A stretch of DNA of 64,000 nucleotides from Trypanosoma brucei (taxonomy: Eukaryota): the NCBI GenBank assembly GCA_000002445.1, contig CM000208.1:3424001-3488000 (forward strand), in the 5' to 3' direction. The position numbers and the translations under genes are program-made. Each line of letters begins with the position of its first letter. Position 1 is the stretch's first letter. The notes below the pieces were generated by a model. It searched no databases, was not told the DNA's origin, and worked only from the letters and a program-made list of their open reading frames with translations. Shown one piece after another: positions 10,851 through 22,021 of the stretch.

Positions 10851-13800
10851 TTAAATGAAGACTGGGCGCTGAGCGAAATCAGAGACAGTGTATTCCTCAC
10901 TACCCCCATCATCACTGCTGTGTCCAGTGACACGGTTGTCAGCTCTTTGATTTGTATACCCCGCTTTTTGATTTTGCAGAAGGCCCTCCACCTTAGTTGG
11001 GGTTGTCGGATAAGTTGCTCCCATTTCCACAGGAAATGCTCGTTCAGTAGACTGTGGGCCCTGACTGCGCTGCAGTAGCAACCGCTGTTGTTGTTGTTGC
11101 TGTTTTAGTATCTCCGCGTAGATACTACATGCATCCACAGAAAGATGCTCCGCCACAGAAGAAGAGTCCGCGCGAGAAGATACGGAAGATATGCAGCCTT
11201 CAGTGTTTTGGGGATGCACCAGCCGAGACAGCACATCAGCGCCATTTAGTCCCCTGTCGTCGTCAGAGTTTTGCGAGTTAGCACCTGAATCAACGTCTCC
11301 TCTCGCACTAACTTCTCCCTTACCGACGGCATCACCTATCGTGGAACCTTCACCACTTCGTACGGATATTCTACCCCCACCACTGCGACTAAGATTACCG
11401 GTTGATATATCGTGAAATGGCTCAATGACGGTACGATATAGTGCAGGCCCCCCTGTACTTCCTGTAGGAGCACGGTAGTGGTGGCTGGCAAGTTCTGTTG
11501 CAGAAGCGGGAGGGTTGGACGTATCACAAGTTTCCCTGTGCTCGTCGTCACGTGCCTCGGAAATTTTTTTGCGAGTCAACTGCTTCGTGAGTAGCCGCTG
11601 CCTCTGCATACTGACTGCGGCGTCAAAAAGGGATTGTAGGGACATATTTTGCAGCCACTCGTTGCGGATCTCATCGCCCTTTCCAGTGGAATCATCACGG
11701 GTTTCGCCATCCTCCACCGCGTACGGATCACAACCTTGTTGGTACAAAGACCCCGGCAAACGAGGTCCCCGTGACCCGTGCCTTGGGTGCCAGGAGCTAC
11801 CCCCTGAAGAGAAACTTGCCTCTCTCCCGTTCGAAGGTTTGACTCCTCGACAAGCTTCATCAGTGCTTTCCCGATTGCTACTGCTACCGGTTATATCATA
11901 GCGCTTCCCAGAGTCCGTATGCAACGAAACAGGGGTGACATCGCACGGCAACGTACCCTCAGTTCCATTAATTGCTGAGTGTTCGTTGCGGCGGAACTTA
12001 CGCGGGTCGTAAGCTAAAGGTTCTTCTTTCTTCGCCGCCTCCATGCGCAAACGCACCGCATTCTCACGAAGAAGATCTGACCGCGTCTTCTTCATTTGAG
12101 GTGGTTGCCTGTTCCTCCCGTTTTCAGGGGATAGATGCCGCGAACATGAATCAAGGACCGGTGTGTCAGATTCCAAACTAACCGCCATCGACTCCCGTAA
12201 CCGGCGCTCTTGTTCTTGCAACCTCTTTTTTTCTTTCACTAGACGCTGCATCACCGCTTTCTGCTGCTCCAATGTCTCACGTCGCTTCAGCGCCGTGGCA
12301 CCGTACGCTACATCCTTTTGCCGCTTCTCCAAGCGCCGCTTTGCAGTCTTAATGACGTCAACTAAGCGATCGCGTTCCTGGCGAAGTCGCATGGCCTCTT
12401 GGCGTTGATCCTTAATGAGTTGACGGTGCTGTTTTAGTTGGGTTGTCAACTCTGTGACGGTGTTGTGGAGGCCCCTCTGGCGATCCTGCGAGCGAATCAA
12501 AGACTGCTCTAATGCCTGGGCTTGCTGAAGAAGTTTTTCCCGAGTAGAGTTCACCGTAGTAAATGTAGAACTTGAAGCAGATGAAAAATTGTTGTTACAG
12601 TGCTGGTGGCTACTGCTGTTGCTCTGCCCCTCGTTAGTGTCATTCGACTGCCGGCTGTGGTCATTCACTGTTGAAGGACTATCTAACGGGCTAGATGTGC
12701 GTAGTCGATGCTCAAGCATGGGGGTGAGTGAAGCCACAGCTTGGAGATATCGAACACTGGACCGACCGTCGTCAAAACTACTGCTGTTAGACACATCCCT
12801 CGTAGGAGCAAGAGGAGGGCCTGCAGCAGCCGTTGGCGACAAGGGGTTGAATGCTCGACAATATCTTTCCTTACCAGCAAGCTTCTCGCTGCCGTTAAGA
12901 ATCCCGTTCATTGTTTCTACACCACCACACTTGTTGGTGCTGCTGCCCCTCCTAACACCAGTTTGGTTCACTCCAGTGCGACGCTCAAGGCTGTCCACCC
13001 TCTGATAATCTCTTTTAGAGCTATCGCTACTACGTTTATCCGACCGCGGCGAAACAACCGGTACCACGCCACGTGACACAAACTCGGAATGTCGATTATA
13101 TTGCGAGTCGGCTGCCTCTGCAGCGTCTGGTGTCGCAACAGCCGTATCCCTTTCGGTCGGCGACCTAAGTGGGCGTCTATCTTCAAAGGTTTCGCGCTTC
13201 GGAGTCAAAAGTGGACGACGCTTATCCGTTGGGGATTTCAGTGGAGATGGTGGCAACGGTGGCGATGTCAGATGACAATGACCGGAGACCGCTGCCGTAG
13301 TTGGGGACTGAATAAGTTGACTTCTGGCGACATCCGCCCCCCTTTTCCCCAAACAGGATCGCCCCTGTGGGGGCTCCGACGGTGCGACGCCATCGACATT
13401 CAGCTGAGATGTGGGGTCACGCCAAACTGTCATGTCCTTTTCCTCCACAGGAGAAAGTGTTCGCGGTGGACTGATGTAGTGCCTCGGTGACATCATGGGG
13501 TCACGGGTTTTTTCAATGCTATTACCATTTTCAATAAAATTTTGAAGGACGTCACGTGCGGCCTCGGTAAACAGCCGCTTCATTCTGCCCACCTCTATGC
13601 CATTGTCTATTTCAATAACCTGAGGCAATACTTGGTGCAGTAGCGATGCATACAGCACCAATCGTAACCCTCCTCCACCGCTGTTTCTGATGTTGCCTTC
13701 CGCAGAACTCTGCTGTCGCTCTACAGAAGCCTCCATTTCATGCAAATGATGTTGTACAATTTCTTTCACAAGTTCCTTAAGGCCGTGCCGTGTCTCCTCC

Positions 13801-14726
13801 TCATCCTCATGCCGCTGTTCTCTCCTTCTGACGCCTCCTCTTGAGGCAAGCAACGCAGGAAATAGCAATATCTCTGTGAAAGTCGCCACAGCCTCCCGAG
13901 GGGCCTGCAGGAACGTTTCACTTAAAGGAGTACCGCGCAAATCGATATCCCGAAGCTTTGGACACGCTGTTGCTGCAGATGACACAGCTGTCAGATCGGC
14001 GATCCCACATTGAGCCGCGTGAAGAAACAACAATCCTTCCATTCCGCAAAGTACACCATTCAAAGACTCGAGCTTTGCGTTGCCATCAAGCTGAAGAACC
14101 ACGATGGCAGAAGTGGTGCATTGTACCCAAGCGGCCTTTTCAGCATCACTAGACACCGAGCTCATCGGCAACTCCACACTCTCATGCCACAACTCTTCAA
14201 TAACATCGCTGTCTTCCAGCGTCTGTTGCAGGTCATTGTGTGACAAGTCGAGCTCCGAGAGGTGAGGAAAAAGTCGGCGGTTAAAGAAAAGTGCCACATT
14301 AATTGGACTTGAGCCCCGCAAGCGACTTAACCCGCCGTCCACGCCCATGACCACAGTGGTGTCAGGAGATTCATTCCCATCACTACAGCTCCGGTCACCT
14401 AAATTATACTCAAGCGAAAAGCCACGCAAGTGATTGTGTGATAAGTTGAGCACACGTAATGACCTTGGTAACGTACTCAACCACGGGGTCCTGTGGTCAC
14501 TTTCCCCAGACATACGGCCAGCTCCATTACACCCCAATTTGTTATGGGACAAGTCAAGGTGCGTGAGTTGGTGGAATAAAGCTCCAAGTCCAACTATATT
14601 GCTAATATAGTTGTGGCTGGCCGTCAGCCTAACTACACGGGCGGCTGCCAACAACTCCTCCGGTGAGGAGTTTTGTGCATCGAAGTTCAACTCGTTGATA
14701 GACTTGTTCGATAAATCAACGTTCAT
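10851..14726 (-). CDS. Leucine-rich-repeat plus coiled-coil protein (1291 aa), candidate basal-body/centrosomal protein
   Basis: N-terminal LRRs (LTHLDLSHNKL..., LRVLNLSHNHLRGF..., LSELDLSHNDLQQ...). A roughly 150-aa heptad-rich coiled coil lies centrally (LLQQAQALEQSLIRSQDRQRGLHNTVTELTTQLKQHRQLIKDQRQEAMRLRQERDRLVDVIKTAKRRLEKRQK...KEKKRLQEQERRLRE). The C-terminus is Ser-rich and disordered. Same strand as its neighbours. Confidence 0.6.
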   Translation of the reverse strand: MNVDLSNKSINELNFDAQNSSPEELLAAARVVRLTASHNYISNIVGLGALFHQLTHLDLSHNKLGCNGAGRMSGESDHRTPWLSTLPRSLRVLNLSHNHLRGFSLEYNLGDRSCSDGNESPDTTVVMGVDGGLSRLRGSSPINVALFFNRRLFPHLSELDLSHNDLQQTLEDSDVIEELWHESVELPMSSVSSDAEKAAWVQCTTSAIVVLQLDGNAKLESLNGVLCGMEGLLFLHAAQCGIADLTAVSSAATACPKLRDIDLRGTPLSETFLQAPREAVATFTEILLFPALLASRGGVRRREQRHEDEEETRHGLKELVKEIVQHHLHEMEASVERQQSSAEGNIRNSGGGGLRLVLYASLLHQVLPQVIEIDNGIEVGRMKRLFTEAARDVLQNFIENGNSIEKTRDPMMSPRHYISPPRTLSPVEEKDMTVWRDPTSQLNVDGVAPSEPPQGRSCLGKRGADVARSQLIQSPTTAAVSGHCHLTSPPLPPSPLKSPTDKRRPLLTPKRETFEDRRPLRSPTERDTAVATPDAAEAADSQYNRHSEFVSRGVVPVVSPRSDKRSSDSSKRDYQRVDSLERRTGVNQTGVRRGSSTNKCGGVETMNGILNGSEKLAGKERYCRAFNPLSPTAAAGPPLAPTRDVSNSSSFDDGRSSVRYLQAVASLTPMLEHRLRTSSPLDSPSTVNDHSRQSNDTNEGQSNSSSHQHCNNNFSSASSSTFTTVNSTREKLLQQAQALEQSLIRSQDRQRGLHNTVTELTTQLKQHRQLIKDQRQEAMRLRQERDRLVDVIKTAKRRLEKRQKDVAYGATALKRRETLEQQKAVMQRLVKEKKRLQEQERRLRESMAVSLESDTPVLDSCSRHLSPENGRNRQPPQMKKTRSDLLRENAVRLRMEAAKKEEPLAYDPRKFRRNEHSAINGTEGTLPCDVTPVSLHTDSGKRYDITGSSSNRESTDEACRGVKPSNGREASFSSGGSSWHPRHGSRGPRLPGSLYQQGCDPYAVEDGETRDDSTGKGDEIRNEWLQNMSLQSLFDAAVSMQRQRLLTKQLTRKKISEARDDEHRETCDTSNPPASATELASHHYRAPTGSTGGPALYRTVIEPFHDISTGNLSRSGGGRISVRSGEGSTIGDAVGKGEVSARGDVDSGANSQNSDDDRGLNGADVLSRLVHPQNTEGCISSVSSRADSSSVAEHLSVDACSIYAEILKQQQQQQRLLLQRSQGPQSTERAFPVEMGATYPTTPTKVEGLLQNQKAGYTNQRADNRVTGHSSDDGGSEEYTVSDFAQRPVFI

Positions 14727-15828
14727 CTCGACTTGGAAACAAAATACAGAAAACCAAAGTAGTCAAAAGTTGTGCACATATTGGTACATTAGTTAAAAGT
14801 GCATTGGCAAGGTAGAGAAGGAAAACACGAGTAATTAGAACCCACAAAAACGGGACATCGCACACAAAAATTAAAAAAAAGAGGTTGGGTTTTCAGCAGA
14901 ATCATCCACTTTCGACTTCACAAAAATCCTATCCGTATTCATATGCTGCATTTGTTCCATGCAAGACTATTATGTTGTGACAACTCACAGACGGGCTGCA
15001 ATCTTACAAATCGCAGCACTCGCAGAGAAAAGGGAATAACAACAACATACCAACGCTCTTTACTGGATCGTGACGTGCCTAAGTGCAGCGTCAATAATAG
15101 CTACAGCTCAAAGGGGAAAAGCAGCACCAGCACGAAAGCTAATAATGCTTATATCATTCAAACTTCTTTACGCTGCTGTGGTCAGGAGGTAAGGAAGAAC
15201 CAAATACTCTATTCTTCCAGAGATAGAAGGGAGCGATTTACAAACAAACAGGAAAGAAAAGTAACAAGGAGGCACAATGATGCAAAGCAGTGGTCCTTGT
15301 AGGAAAGCGGCACTCCACATTGGAACAGGATGGATATCAAAAATACCAGAAGGTTTCGACCAAATAGAAGGGGGAGGCAGATATGATGGAGAGGGGAAAA
15401 CGGTGAGTACCGAACAAAGACCACAGCGAATAAGCAGTTTTTGTTTACCGTATTTTTTCTTCTCCTCCTGTCTCGCTCAGTAGTGCAGGGATGTCTCCTT
15501 TGCAAGGAGAAAGAAAGGAGGAAAAAGTAGAAACAAAAGGTAAATACAGTAGCTATAACGAAAACAACAACACTGCACAAGAAACAAGAAGGAGGAATCC
15601 TTATGGTTCGTATAGTCACGTACACGTACACGTACACAAAGGCAATGTACCGCATCTGTAAAATGGTACAGTACATACCCCTTCCTTCGCCCCTCCTTTT
15701 TTTCTTCAATCTGTTTGCCGCACTCCATTTGACGACCCCCACACAAGTAAGGGAGGGAAGACAAAAGGAAAGAGGGGAAAAAAGGAAAAAAAGGGTTAAG
15801 AGAGAAGGAAAGGAAGAAGAAGAAATGG

Positions 15829-15852
15829 CAAAGAGAGAGAGAGAGAGAGAGA
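15829..15852. repeat. (GA)n microsatellite, intergenic
   Basis: Direct reading: agagagagagagagagagagagaag. Confidence 0.9.
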
Positions 15853-16014
15853 AGTACCACCACGCCACACAAACGCACAACGGCGTGACGCAGGCCCTCA
15901 ACTATTGCATCTCGTCACTTCCTTTTTCCGTTCCAATCGTAGCAGATAAACGAAGGAAAGGAATTAATTACAAATGCAGCAAAGAGCCAAGAAAAAGTAA
16001 AAACAGGGGGAAAC

Positions 16015-16016
<2 letters not shown>

Positions 16017-16053
<37 letters not shown>

Positions 16054-16054
16054 A
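16017..16054. repeat. (CA)n dinucleotide microsatellite, about 17 units, intergenic
   Basis: Direct reading: cacacacacacacacacacacacacacaaacacacaag. Confidence 0.95.
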
Positions 16055-16569
16055 AGAAAAAAAAAAGACGAACAGGAAGGGTGAAAAAATGATAGGATCG
16101 AAAAATGGCGCATGCCCGCGATACAAAAATCTGTTGAAAACTGTAACCGATGCCGTGTAAGCATGAGTGCTTCACTGATTGTGTGTACGGCTTCGTGTCG
16201 GGTAGGAAAATGGACAATGGGATGACATGAAGGCGGATTTCAAATCAAACATAAGGGTCGGAAAGATTTTAAAAAAAGCAGGGTAAGGTAAGCAAAAATT
16301 AAAAAAAACTAATAGAGGAGATGAAACAATGGAAAAAAAAAGTAAAAAGAACAATATCAACACAAACACAAGCGGTGTGACTAAAATACGTAAGCTTGGG
16401 AAGTTAGGGGCTCAAGGAAAATATTTCTTTTTTCTAAAAAGAAGAAAAGAGGATGAAAGAGGTCTTTCATTATTGTTTCCTTCATAGTGATACTAATATA
16501 CAATGGTCCACTTCACTGACATAGGTAGGTGGGTATGCGCGGGAACGATACGCGAGGGGGAATTTCCCT

Positions 16570-19500
16570 TCACGCAGCCCCACCAATGGCTGTTTCCTTT
16601 TCCTCCTTGCGCCGCTCAGTCCGGGCATCATTTCCACCTTCGCTGCAGTTTCCCTGGGAATCCACGTTAACAACACGTGGAAGAAATCCGTCATTCTCAA
16701 TATCGCATTGATATGCTTCGCTAATTCCTGCACTCTGAGGTGCTGTAAGCGGTACATCATCGCCAAATTCCACATCACTAACTTCCATAATAGCTTCGTC
16801 CAAATCTTCTTCGTCGTCGAGGTCGGACTCGTCGTCCCGCGACTCCCCTTCCTTATTTTCCTCGCACCCATCCACCGACGAGGTGGGGAAATTTAATGAA
16901 ACTACGTGCACCCCAATGGCTCCCTGGTTTGGGGACGTGGCCCGTGTTGCTTCACTGCGGGAAAGACGCTCACATCTATCCACCAAGTTCCTCACTTCCT
17001 CTGCGCTCAGTAGCGATGGCTCCCGTTCCTTAACATTTTTTTTGTCACTGTTGTTTCCTGCACTCGCTTTTTTTGCCTGTGAAGGATTGTTATAAAGAAG
17101 ACCGCGCAGATGATCGAGCATTGAGAGGTAGCCATCTAGCGAAGCCTCAGGGAGCACCTGAACAGAGCCGGTGCTTCCCTGCCTACCCTCATCATCACGA
17201 GAGGCGCGCGGGTCGTCTTCCAAACCTATAAAACCGCCCGTCTCTTCCGCATCTGAGTCTTTCTGTAAACCATATGGTTTGCTTTGGCACCCTTCCCCAG
17301 CCGCACAGGCGACGCTAGTTGGTGAAATAATACACGGAATACTAGTTAGGGATGGAAGCTCATCCGAGCAGCGCTCCCTTCCTCTTGTTTCTGCATCAAA
17401 AGCAGTTGTGTCACTTCCACTGCTTGACGTCACTGGTGAATGCTTTTTCGACACGCTAGTACCGACAAGAACCTCAAGGGTACTTGGGATACAGGGTCGT
17501 GGCCCATCAACCTTCTGAAAAACAGCCATCTCATCCGCGTGTCCGGGAAGCTTCATGTTATTGTGAAATCCCATACCCACTAAGTGTGAGCACAGAGCGC
17601 GATATGGAGCTTTCCCGTTTGCATTTTTATCCACAAAATTTCGCCACTGCTGCGCCACATCAGGTGGATCGGCAGTTACATCATTGATTGATGGAAGCAC
17701 TGGAGTGCTATCACCTTCGAAGGCCGCTTTCTTGTTCAAGGCCTCCTCGCTCGTTGGGGCAACGCCATAGCATATGTCAACTAGGATGGGTGTGTGAATG
17801 GATTCTTCGAAGGCAGGAGAACGGCCGTTGTCTGGCTTTTTCTCACGCGTGGGGGCCGGTTGGTGCACCTTCGGATTTATTTTTGCAACAACCATAGACG
17901 GTGCGGCATCAGGAGGTGTAGCCTGAGGCACATGATTGTTCCGGCTGGCCCCACCACGCTGAAACGTTTGCCTCCTCTGGCCATGTGGTGCTGCAGACGG
18001 GCTAACGGGCATCGAGAAAACAGCGGGGGACAGGCACTGTCCTTGAGCTGCCACACCCGCACGACACTGAAGTGGTGCCAGAAGCATCGGCTGACCGATT
18101 TCATTCTTTGAACTATCGTCGTCCCCATTTATTTCTTGGCTCTTGGAACAACCGCCGCGCTGGTTGGACGGGAGGAAGCCATCTTTTCTTCGATACAAAA
18201 TAGGCGAACCCCCTTTATGCCTGGCGTTGACGAACTCTGGTGCGCAGCTCTTAGACCGACCGCAAACCACATCATTTCTCTTTGCCGGATGCAAATTGAA
18301 ATCCCCCTTTAGTTGTGACAAAAGGGCATGTTGTTTTGCCTGCTGTTGAAGCTCACGTCGCACCTTCACATCAGCCGGCAGGTCTTCGAGGTTTAAACGC
18401 GAAAATGGTGAAGTCACCCTCAGAGCGGGTAAATCCTTGGTAGCCGACGCACCTTCCGCGACAAAGCCTGATGCCGTGGTTGGCCTAACATGACATTTAT
18501 TGACGGCAGCTTCCTTCTCGTTTAAGGGTGAATTCTTAGAAGGCGTTACCTCCATCGATGGGGAAATTGATGGGGCACTATTACGACGACCCAGCGTACC
18601 GTTCGCAAACGGCGACCGCAAATCCCCTTCCGCAGAACCCAGTTTTTTTATGTCGTGGTGGTTGACTATAGCCTTTGCAACTGGGCTCTCAGCACGCGGG
18701 GTGGGGAGAAGCGGGGCAGAAACTATGTTTGTTAGGGGCTGTTGTTTTAACTGCCGCCGCAGCGGTTGCTGTTTTTGGAAGACCTGGTCTGCTGTCGGTA
18801 TTACCAGTGGACACGGCTCCTTTGGTCTCCCAAGAGGATGTCGGTGAACCGATGGATCTGCGGTTCGCTTACCCTTCTGCGGCTTTGGTTCAAGCTGCCC
18901 AGCATTCAGCTGAGAAGGTTCCGCACGTCTTGGGTTATCGTTCAGGTTAACAACATCTCTGTACACAACAACTCGAGGAGAGGCAGCAACACCGCGTGCA
19001 GCCGAGTCGCCATCGCCCCTTGGTTGCATCCCTGGTTGCTGATACAATTGCCGCACCCTTTGGTTATCTGGAATTCCAGGGGAATCCACTGGTGGCGCTG
19101 GCCCCTTCAGAGCTTCACGTAGGGCCGCATTGTGATAATTGGGACAATAAGGTGATGCAATAGCGTTTCCATTTCGCCCTCCAGAAACTGGGTTAGATTC
19201 CTTAGGGGCGGCTCTAACACAACGGGGATCACGACCGAACACTGGATTCTGCTGCTGTGGGTACTGGGCACCGCGAGGTGGCGATTGTAAAACTTTGTAT
19301 GGTGATGGGTACGCATTTCTGTCGCCCACCGCGGGTTGACCTGGGTTAAGGGGCTTCATTTCCGCAACAGGTTTCTGTGCGTGTTGCTTCTGCTCCACGC
19401 CCTTACGTACTTTTTCACCCCGCGCTATCCTATTTTGCTGTTCAATCACCTTCAAAAGCTCTTGCTTTCTAAGTTGCCTTCGCCGCTCCAACCTCTCTTT

Positions 19501-21090
19501 CTGTTCCTTCTGTCGCTGCAGGTATTCCTCCTGCTTGCGCTTCATATAGGCATGAATGGTGTTGAGCGTCTTAGGATCCACATCCTTGGCATAACGCTCT
19601 ACGATAGCATTGATACGTTTGATCCTGTCCTCAAACCCTTCACCCTGTTTGCAGTCGGGGCCTCGTTTCGCTTCGTTATTTTTTTGCATCTGGCGCTGCG
19701 CGTCCGGCTGCGGTTGATGTGGCTGCCGCTGTTTTTCCTGTAGTTGTTGAAAGTGCTGCTGCATCAGCTGTTTGTAAGGGTTTGCCACATACTGGGGTTG
19801 GCACGGAACCTGCTGAAAATGGGGCCTTTGATATGGGGAAAAGGGTAAAGCCTGCTTGATATCAGCTAGCGGACGCTTGCACTGCGGTGGAGCCTCCCGC
19901 CGAAAGATTTCTAACCTGCCATGATCTGCCGCCGCATGCGCCGCGTTAGGTTTCGGAGCAAGTAGACCGGCATGGTCTGCATGCCTCTGCGCAGCTGGAT
20001 CAACAGCTGGTGGTCCAGCAGCCATCGCCGCCCGTGGAGAAACATGTTGCTGTCGCACAAAACACTCTGGTGCCTGTTGCTGTTGTTGGCGATTGTGCTG
20101 TCCTGCTAGGGCCATGGCTGCCATTTTACCCGGTGACATCTCAGGCGGGTGGGGCTCCTGACGGTGGCGTTGCTCCCCCCGAGGAGTCTCCTGTGGGCGT
20201 GGAGTAACGGGCTCACAGCACGGAATGTTTTCCGCTGCAGCATCGTACTCAATTATGTCTTTGAGACGTATCCTACACTGCGTGGCTAGCATGAGATCCT
20301 CTTCTAACCGCTCAAGCGACCGCTGCACAATCGGAAAGGCGAGCATCTGTCTAATACTTGGCCGCCGTGCCGGGTCCTTCTGGAGGCACCAGTCGACCAT
20401 CTTACGGAATTCGCGTGAAAAATGCGATGGCAGAGGATTGTACGTCCCCCTCACTATGCGTTGCATGAGCTGTTGCATGCTGTTCCCGTCGAAAGGGTGC
20501 CGACCTGTGGCCAGCTCGTAGAGAAGCACGCCGAGTGCCCACACATCAGATTTATTGTTGTACGGTTTGTTCTTGCAGATTTCCGGTGAAAAGTAGTACG
20601 GGGTGCCACAAACAGTGCTTGCCATACCCATTGTGTTTCGCAACACTGTGGCAATCCCAAAGTCACCCAACTTCACGGACCCGTTTTTCATAAGAAATAC
20701 ATTCATGGTTTTGATGTCCCGGTGGAGAATGTGCCGGGAATGCAAGTACTCCATGGCCAGGCAGACTTGGGAATAGTAATACAATATTCTGCTCTCGTTC
20801 ATGGGGCCGCGCTTTATTTTACCGTGTAGGTCTCCATCATCGCAATACTCCATCACAATATACAGGTTATTTCGGTTCTCGAAATGCTCCACGTAGCGAA
20901 CAATGTTAGGGTGGTTGAGTTTCTGGAGCATACGGCACTCCTGTCGAGCCTCCGTTCGCTCCTTTTCGTTCAACTTCCCAAGGAATACCTCCTTGATGAC
21001 GAAGAGTGCATTATCGCTTCTCCGCTTGATGAGAATGGCACTACCGAAGCTTCCTTTACCAAGGACGCGTACCTTTGTGTATTTCTCCAT
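16570..21090 (-). CDS. NIMA-related (NEK family) Ser/Thr protein kinase with a roughly 1200-aa Gln/Pro-rich disordered C-terminal extension
   Basis: N-terminus MEKYTKVRVLGKGSFGSAILIKRRSDNALFVIKEV (Gly loop and VAIK-like Lys). HRDIKTMNVF is the catalytic loop. DFGIA is the DFG motif. GTPYYFSPE is the APE-like activation segment typical of NEKs. The kinase domain spans about the first 270 aa. The rest is low-complexity Q/P/R-rich. Confidence 0.85.
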   Translation of the reverse strand: MEKYTKVRVLGKGSFGSAILIKRRSDNALFVIKEVFLGKLNEKERTEARQECRMLQKLNHPNIVRYVEHFENRNNLYIVMEYCDDGDLHGKIKRGPMNESRILYYYSQVCLAMEYLHSRHILHRDIKTMNVFLMKNGSVKLGDFGIATVLRNTMGMASTVCGTPYYFSPEICKNKPYNNKSDVWALGVLLYELATGRHPFDGNSMQQLMQRIVRGTYNPLPSHFSREFRKMVDWCLQKDPARRPSIRQMLAFPIVQRSLERLEEDLMLATQCRIRLKDIIEYDAAAENIPCCEPVTPRPQETPRGEQRHRQEPHPPEMSPGKMAAMALAGQHNRQQQQQAPECFVRQQHVSPRAAMAAGPPAVDPAAQRHADHAGLLAPKPNAAHAAADHGRLEIFRREAPPQCKRPLADIKQALPFSPYQRPHFQQVPCQPQYVANPYKQLMQQHFQQLQEKQRQPHQPQPDAQRQMQKNNEAKRGPDCKQGEGFEDRIKRINAIVERYAKDVDPKTLNTIHAYMKRKQEEYLQRQKEQKERLERRRQLRKQELLKVIEQQNRIARGEKVRKGVEQKQHAQKPVAEMKPLNPGQPAVGDRNAYPSPYKVLQSPPRGAQYPQQQNPVFGRDPRCVRAAPKESNPVSGGRNGNAIASPYCPNYHNAALREALKGPAPPVDSPGIPDNQRVRQLYQQPGMQPRGDGDSAARGVAASPRVVVYRDVVNLNDNPRRAEPSQLNAGQLEPKPQKGKRTADPSVHRHPLGRPKEPCPLVIPTADQVFQKQQPLRRQLKQQPLTNIVSAPLLPTPRAESPVAKAIVNHHDIKKLGSAEGDLRSPFANGTLGRRNSAPSISPSMEVTPSKNSPLNEKEAAVNKCHVRPTTASGFVAEGASATKDLPALRVTSPFSRLNLEDLPADVKVRRELQQQAKQHALLSQLKGDFNLHPAKRNDVVCGRSKSCAPEFVNARHKGGSPILYRRKDGFLPSNQRGGCSKSQEINGDDDSSKNEIGQPMLLAPLQCRAGVAAQGQCLSPAVFSMPVSPSAAPHGQRRQTFQRGGASRNNHVPQATPPDAAPSMVVAKINPKVHQPAPTREKKPDNGRSPAFEESIHTPILVDICYGVAPTSEEALNKKAAFEGDSTPVLPSINDVTADPPDVAQQWRNFVDKNANGKAPYRALCSHLVGMGFHNNMKLPGHADEMAVFQKVDGPRPCIPSTLEVLVGTSVSKKHSPVTSSSGSDTTAFDAETRGRERCSDELPSLTSIPCIISPTSVACAAGEGCQSKPYGLQKDSDAEETGGFIGLEDDPRASRDDEGRQGSTGSVQVLPEASLDGYLSMLDHLRGLLYNNPSQAKKASAGNNSDKKNVKEREPSLLSAEEVRNLVDRCERLSRSEATRATSPNQGAIGVHVVSLNFPTSSVDGCEENKEGESRDDESDLDDEEDLDEAIMEVSDVEFGDDVPLTAPQSAGISEAYQCDIENDGFLPRVVNVDSQGNCSEGGNDARTERRKEEKETAIGGAA

Positions 21091-21146
21091 GAAGTATGAT
21101 TAACGTAGGACACACCTCCACTCCTTTCCTGAGTCCCCTTTATCCA

Positions 21147-21160
21147 CCTCGTTCCCAAAA
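21147..21160 (-). promoter_or_regulatory. Candidate polypyrimidine tract (sense strand) guiding the spliced-leader acceptor for the NEK kinase mRNA
   Basis: The + strand aaaaaagaaaaaaa equals ttttttcttttttt on the gene strand, 55-70 nt upstream of the ATG at 21090. Several AG dinucleotides lie between it and the ATG. Kinetoplastid trans-splicing uses such tracts. Inference only. Confidence 0.35.
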
Positions 21161-21210
21161 AAGAAAAAAACGTATCCTCCTCACGTCCGCTGTCTGTAAC
21201 GTAAATACAA

Positions 21211-21233
21211 ATATATATATATATATATATATA
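21211..21233. repeat. (AT)n microsatellite in the region upstream of the NEK gene
   Basis: Direct reading: atatatatatatatatatatata. Confidence 0.95.
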
Positions 21234-21859
21234 ACACGTGCTCTTCTTTTAACCAATAATAATCGCGCGAAGGTAACTCACCACGACACTTCGAACAACC
21301 GAACGACTGAAACAAAAAAAATCGACTGAAACTAAACCGCAGAGACGCTGAACTGAATACAAGGAGTTTCTCCTTTTCCTTTCCTTTCTTTCCCCACTCA
21401 CTTAACCGAACACGTTCTTTATTTATTTTTTTGACCTCTTTATCGACGTTCCTACAATTCCAAGAGAACAACAACAAAGAAACAGAGAAATGGTCTCGCC
21501 GTTCCCCTCTCCCCTTTTTCTTCCCTTTCCACTTCACTTCACTCTGTCTCTATATAAACAAAGCGGATATATCAGTAAATTTGTCTTCGCTGCCACCCGT
21601 ATATATTTATATTTATATATATGTCACGCCTCTCCCGCAATGGCCCCCAGCACTTTCCTCGTGACGGTTACTGTATTGTTATTTCTTTCCTCGCTTTTGC
21701 CTTTCCCCCTTTCTTCACGCCTTTTCAGGTGTCTCGGCAGGGGTAACGGCAGGGAGAGAAATGAGATTCAAATAACTCCAGTAACAACAAATGAAAACGA
21801 CAAGCTGCCACCAGTCCCCCCCCCAACTGCCAGAGAAGGACACTGTGGGAACAAGTTTC

Positions 21860-21882
21860 TTTTTTTTTTTTAAAAAAAAAAA
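21860..21882. repeat. T12-A11 homopolymer junction (perfect palindrome)
   Basis: Direct reading: ttttttttttttaaaaaaaaaaa. Similar T(n)A(n) junctions recur at about 49487, 51108, 54709 and 59590. Confidence 0.85.
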
Positions 21883-21998
21883 TAGAGGCAGTGTACAGTG
21901 GACCGAACAAATTTCAATGAACAGCAACGACGAACAGAAATAACAAACTAAATCAAACCAAAAGAAAGGAAGGGAAAGGAACTAATAACCGGAAAACA

Positions 21999-22021
21999 GA
22001 CACACACACACACACACACAC
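21999..22021. repeat. (CA)n microsatellite, intergenic
   Basis: Direct reading: acacacacacacacacacacacac. Confidence 0.95.

Noticed and set aside
15209-16217. Several 60-230-aa ORFs on both strands in the 14.7-16.6 kb spacer
   Set aside because: They are built from (GA)n, (CA)n and T-rich low complexity (poly-F/L/S, 'HTHTHTHT'). They are characteristic of UTR and spacer sequence, not coding.
16482-16871. 129-aa minus-strand ORF overlapping the 3' end of the NEK gene in another frame
   Set aside because: It overlaps the conserved NEK reading frame and has no motif. It is a frame-shadow ORF.
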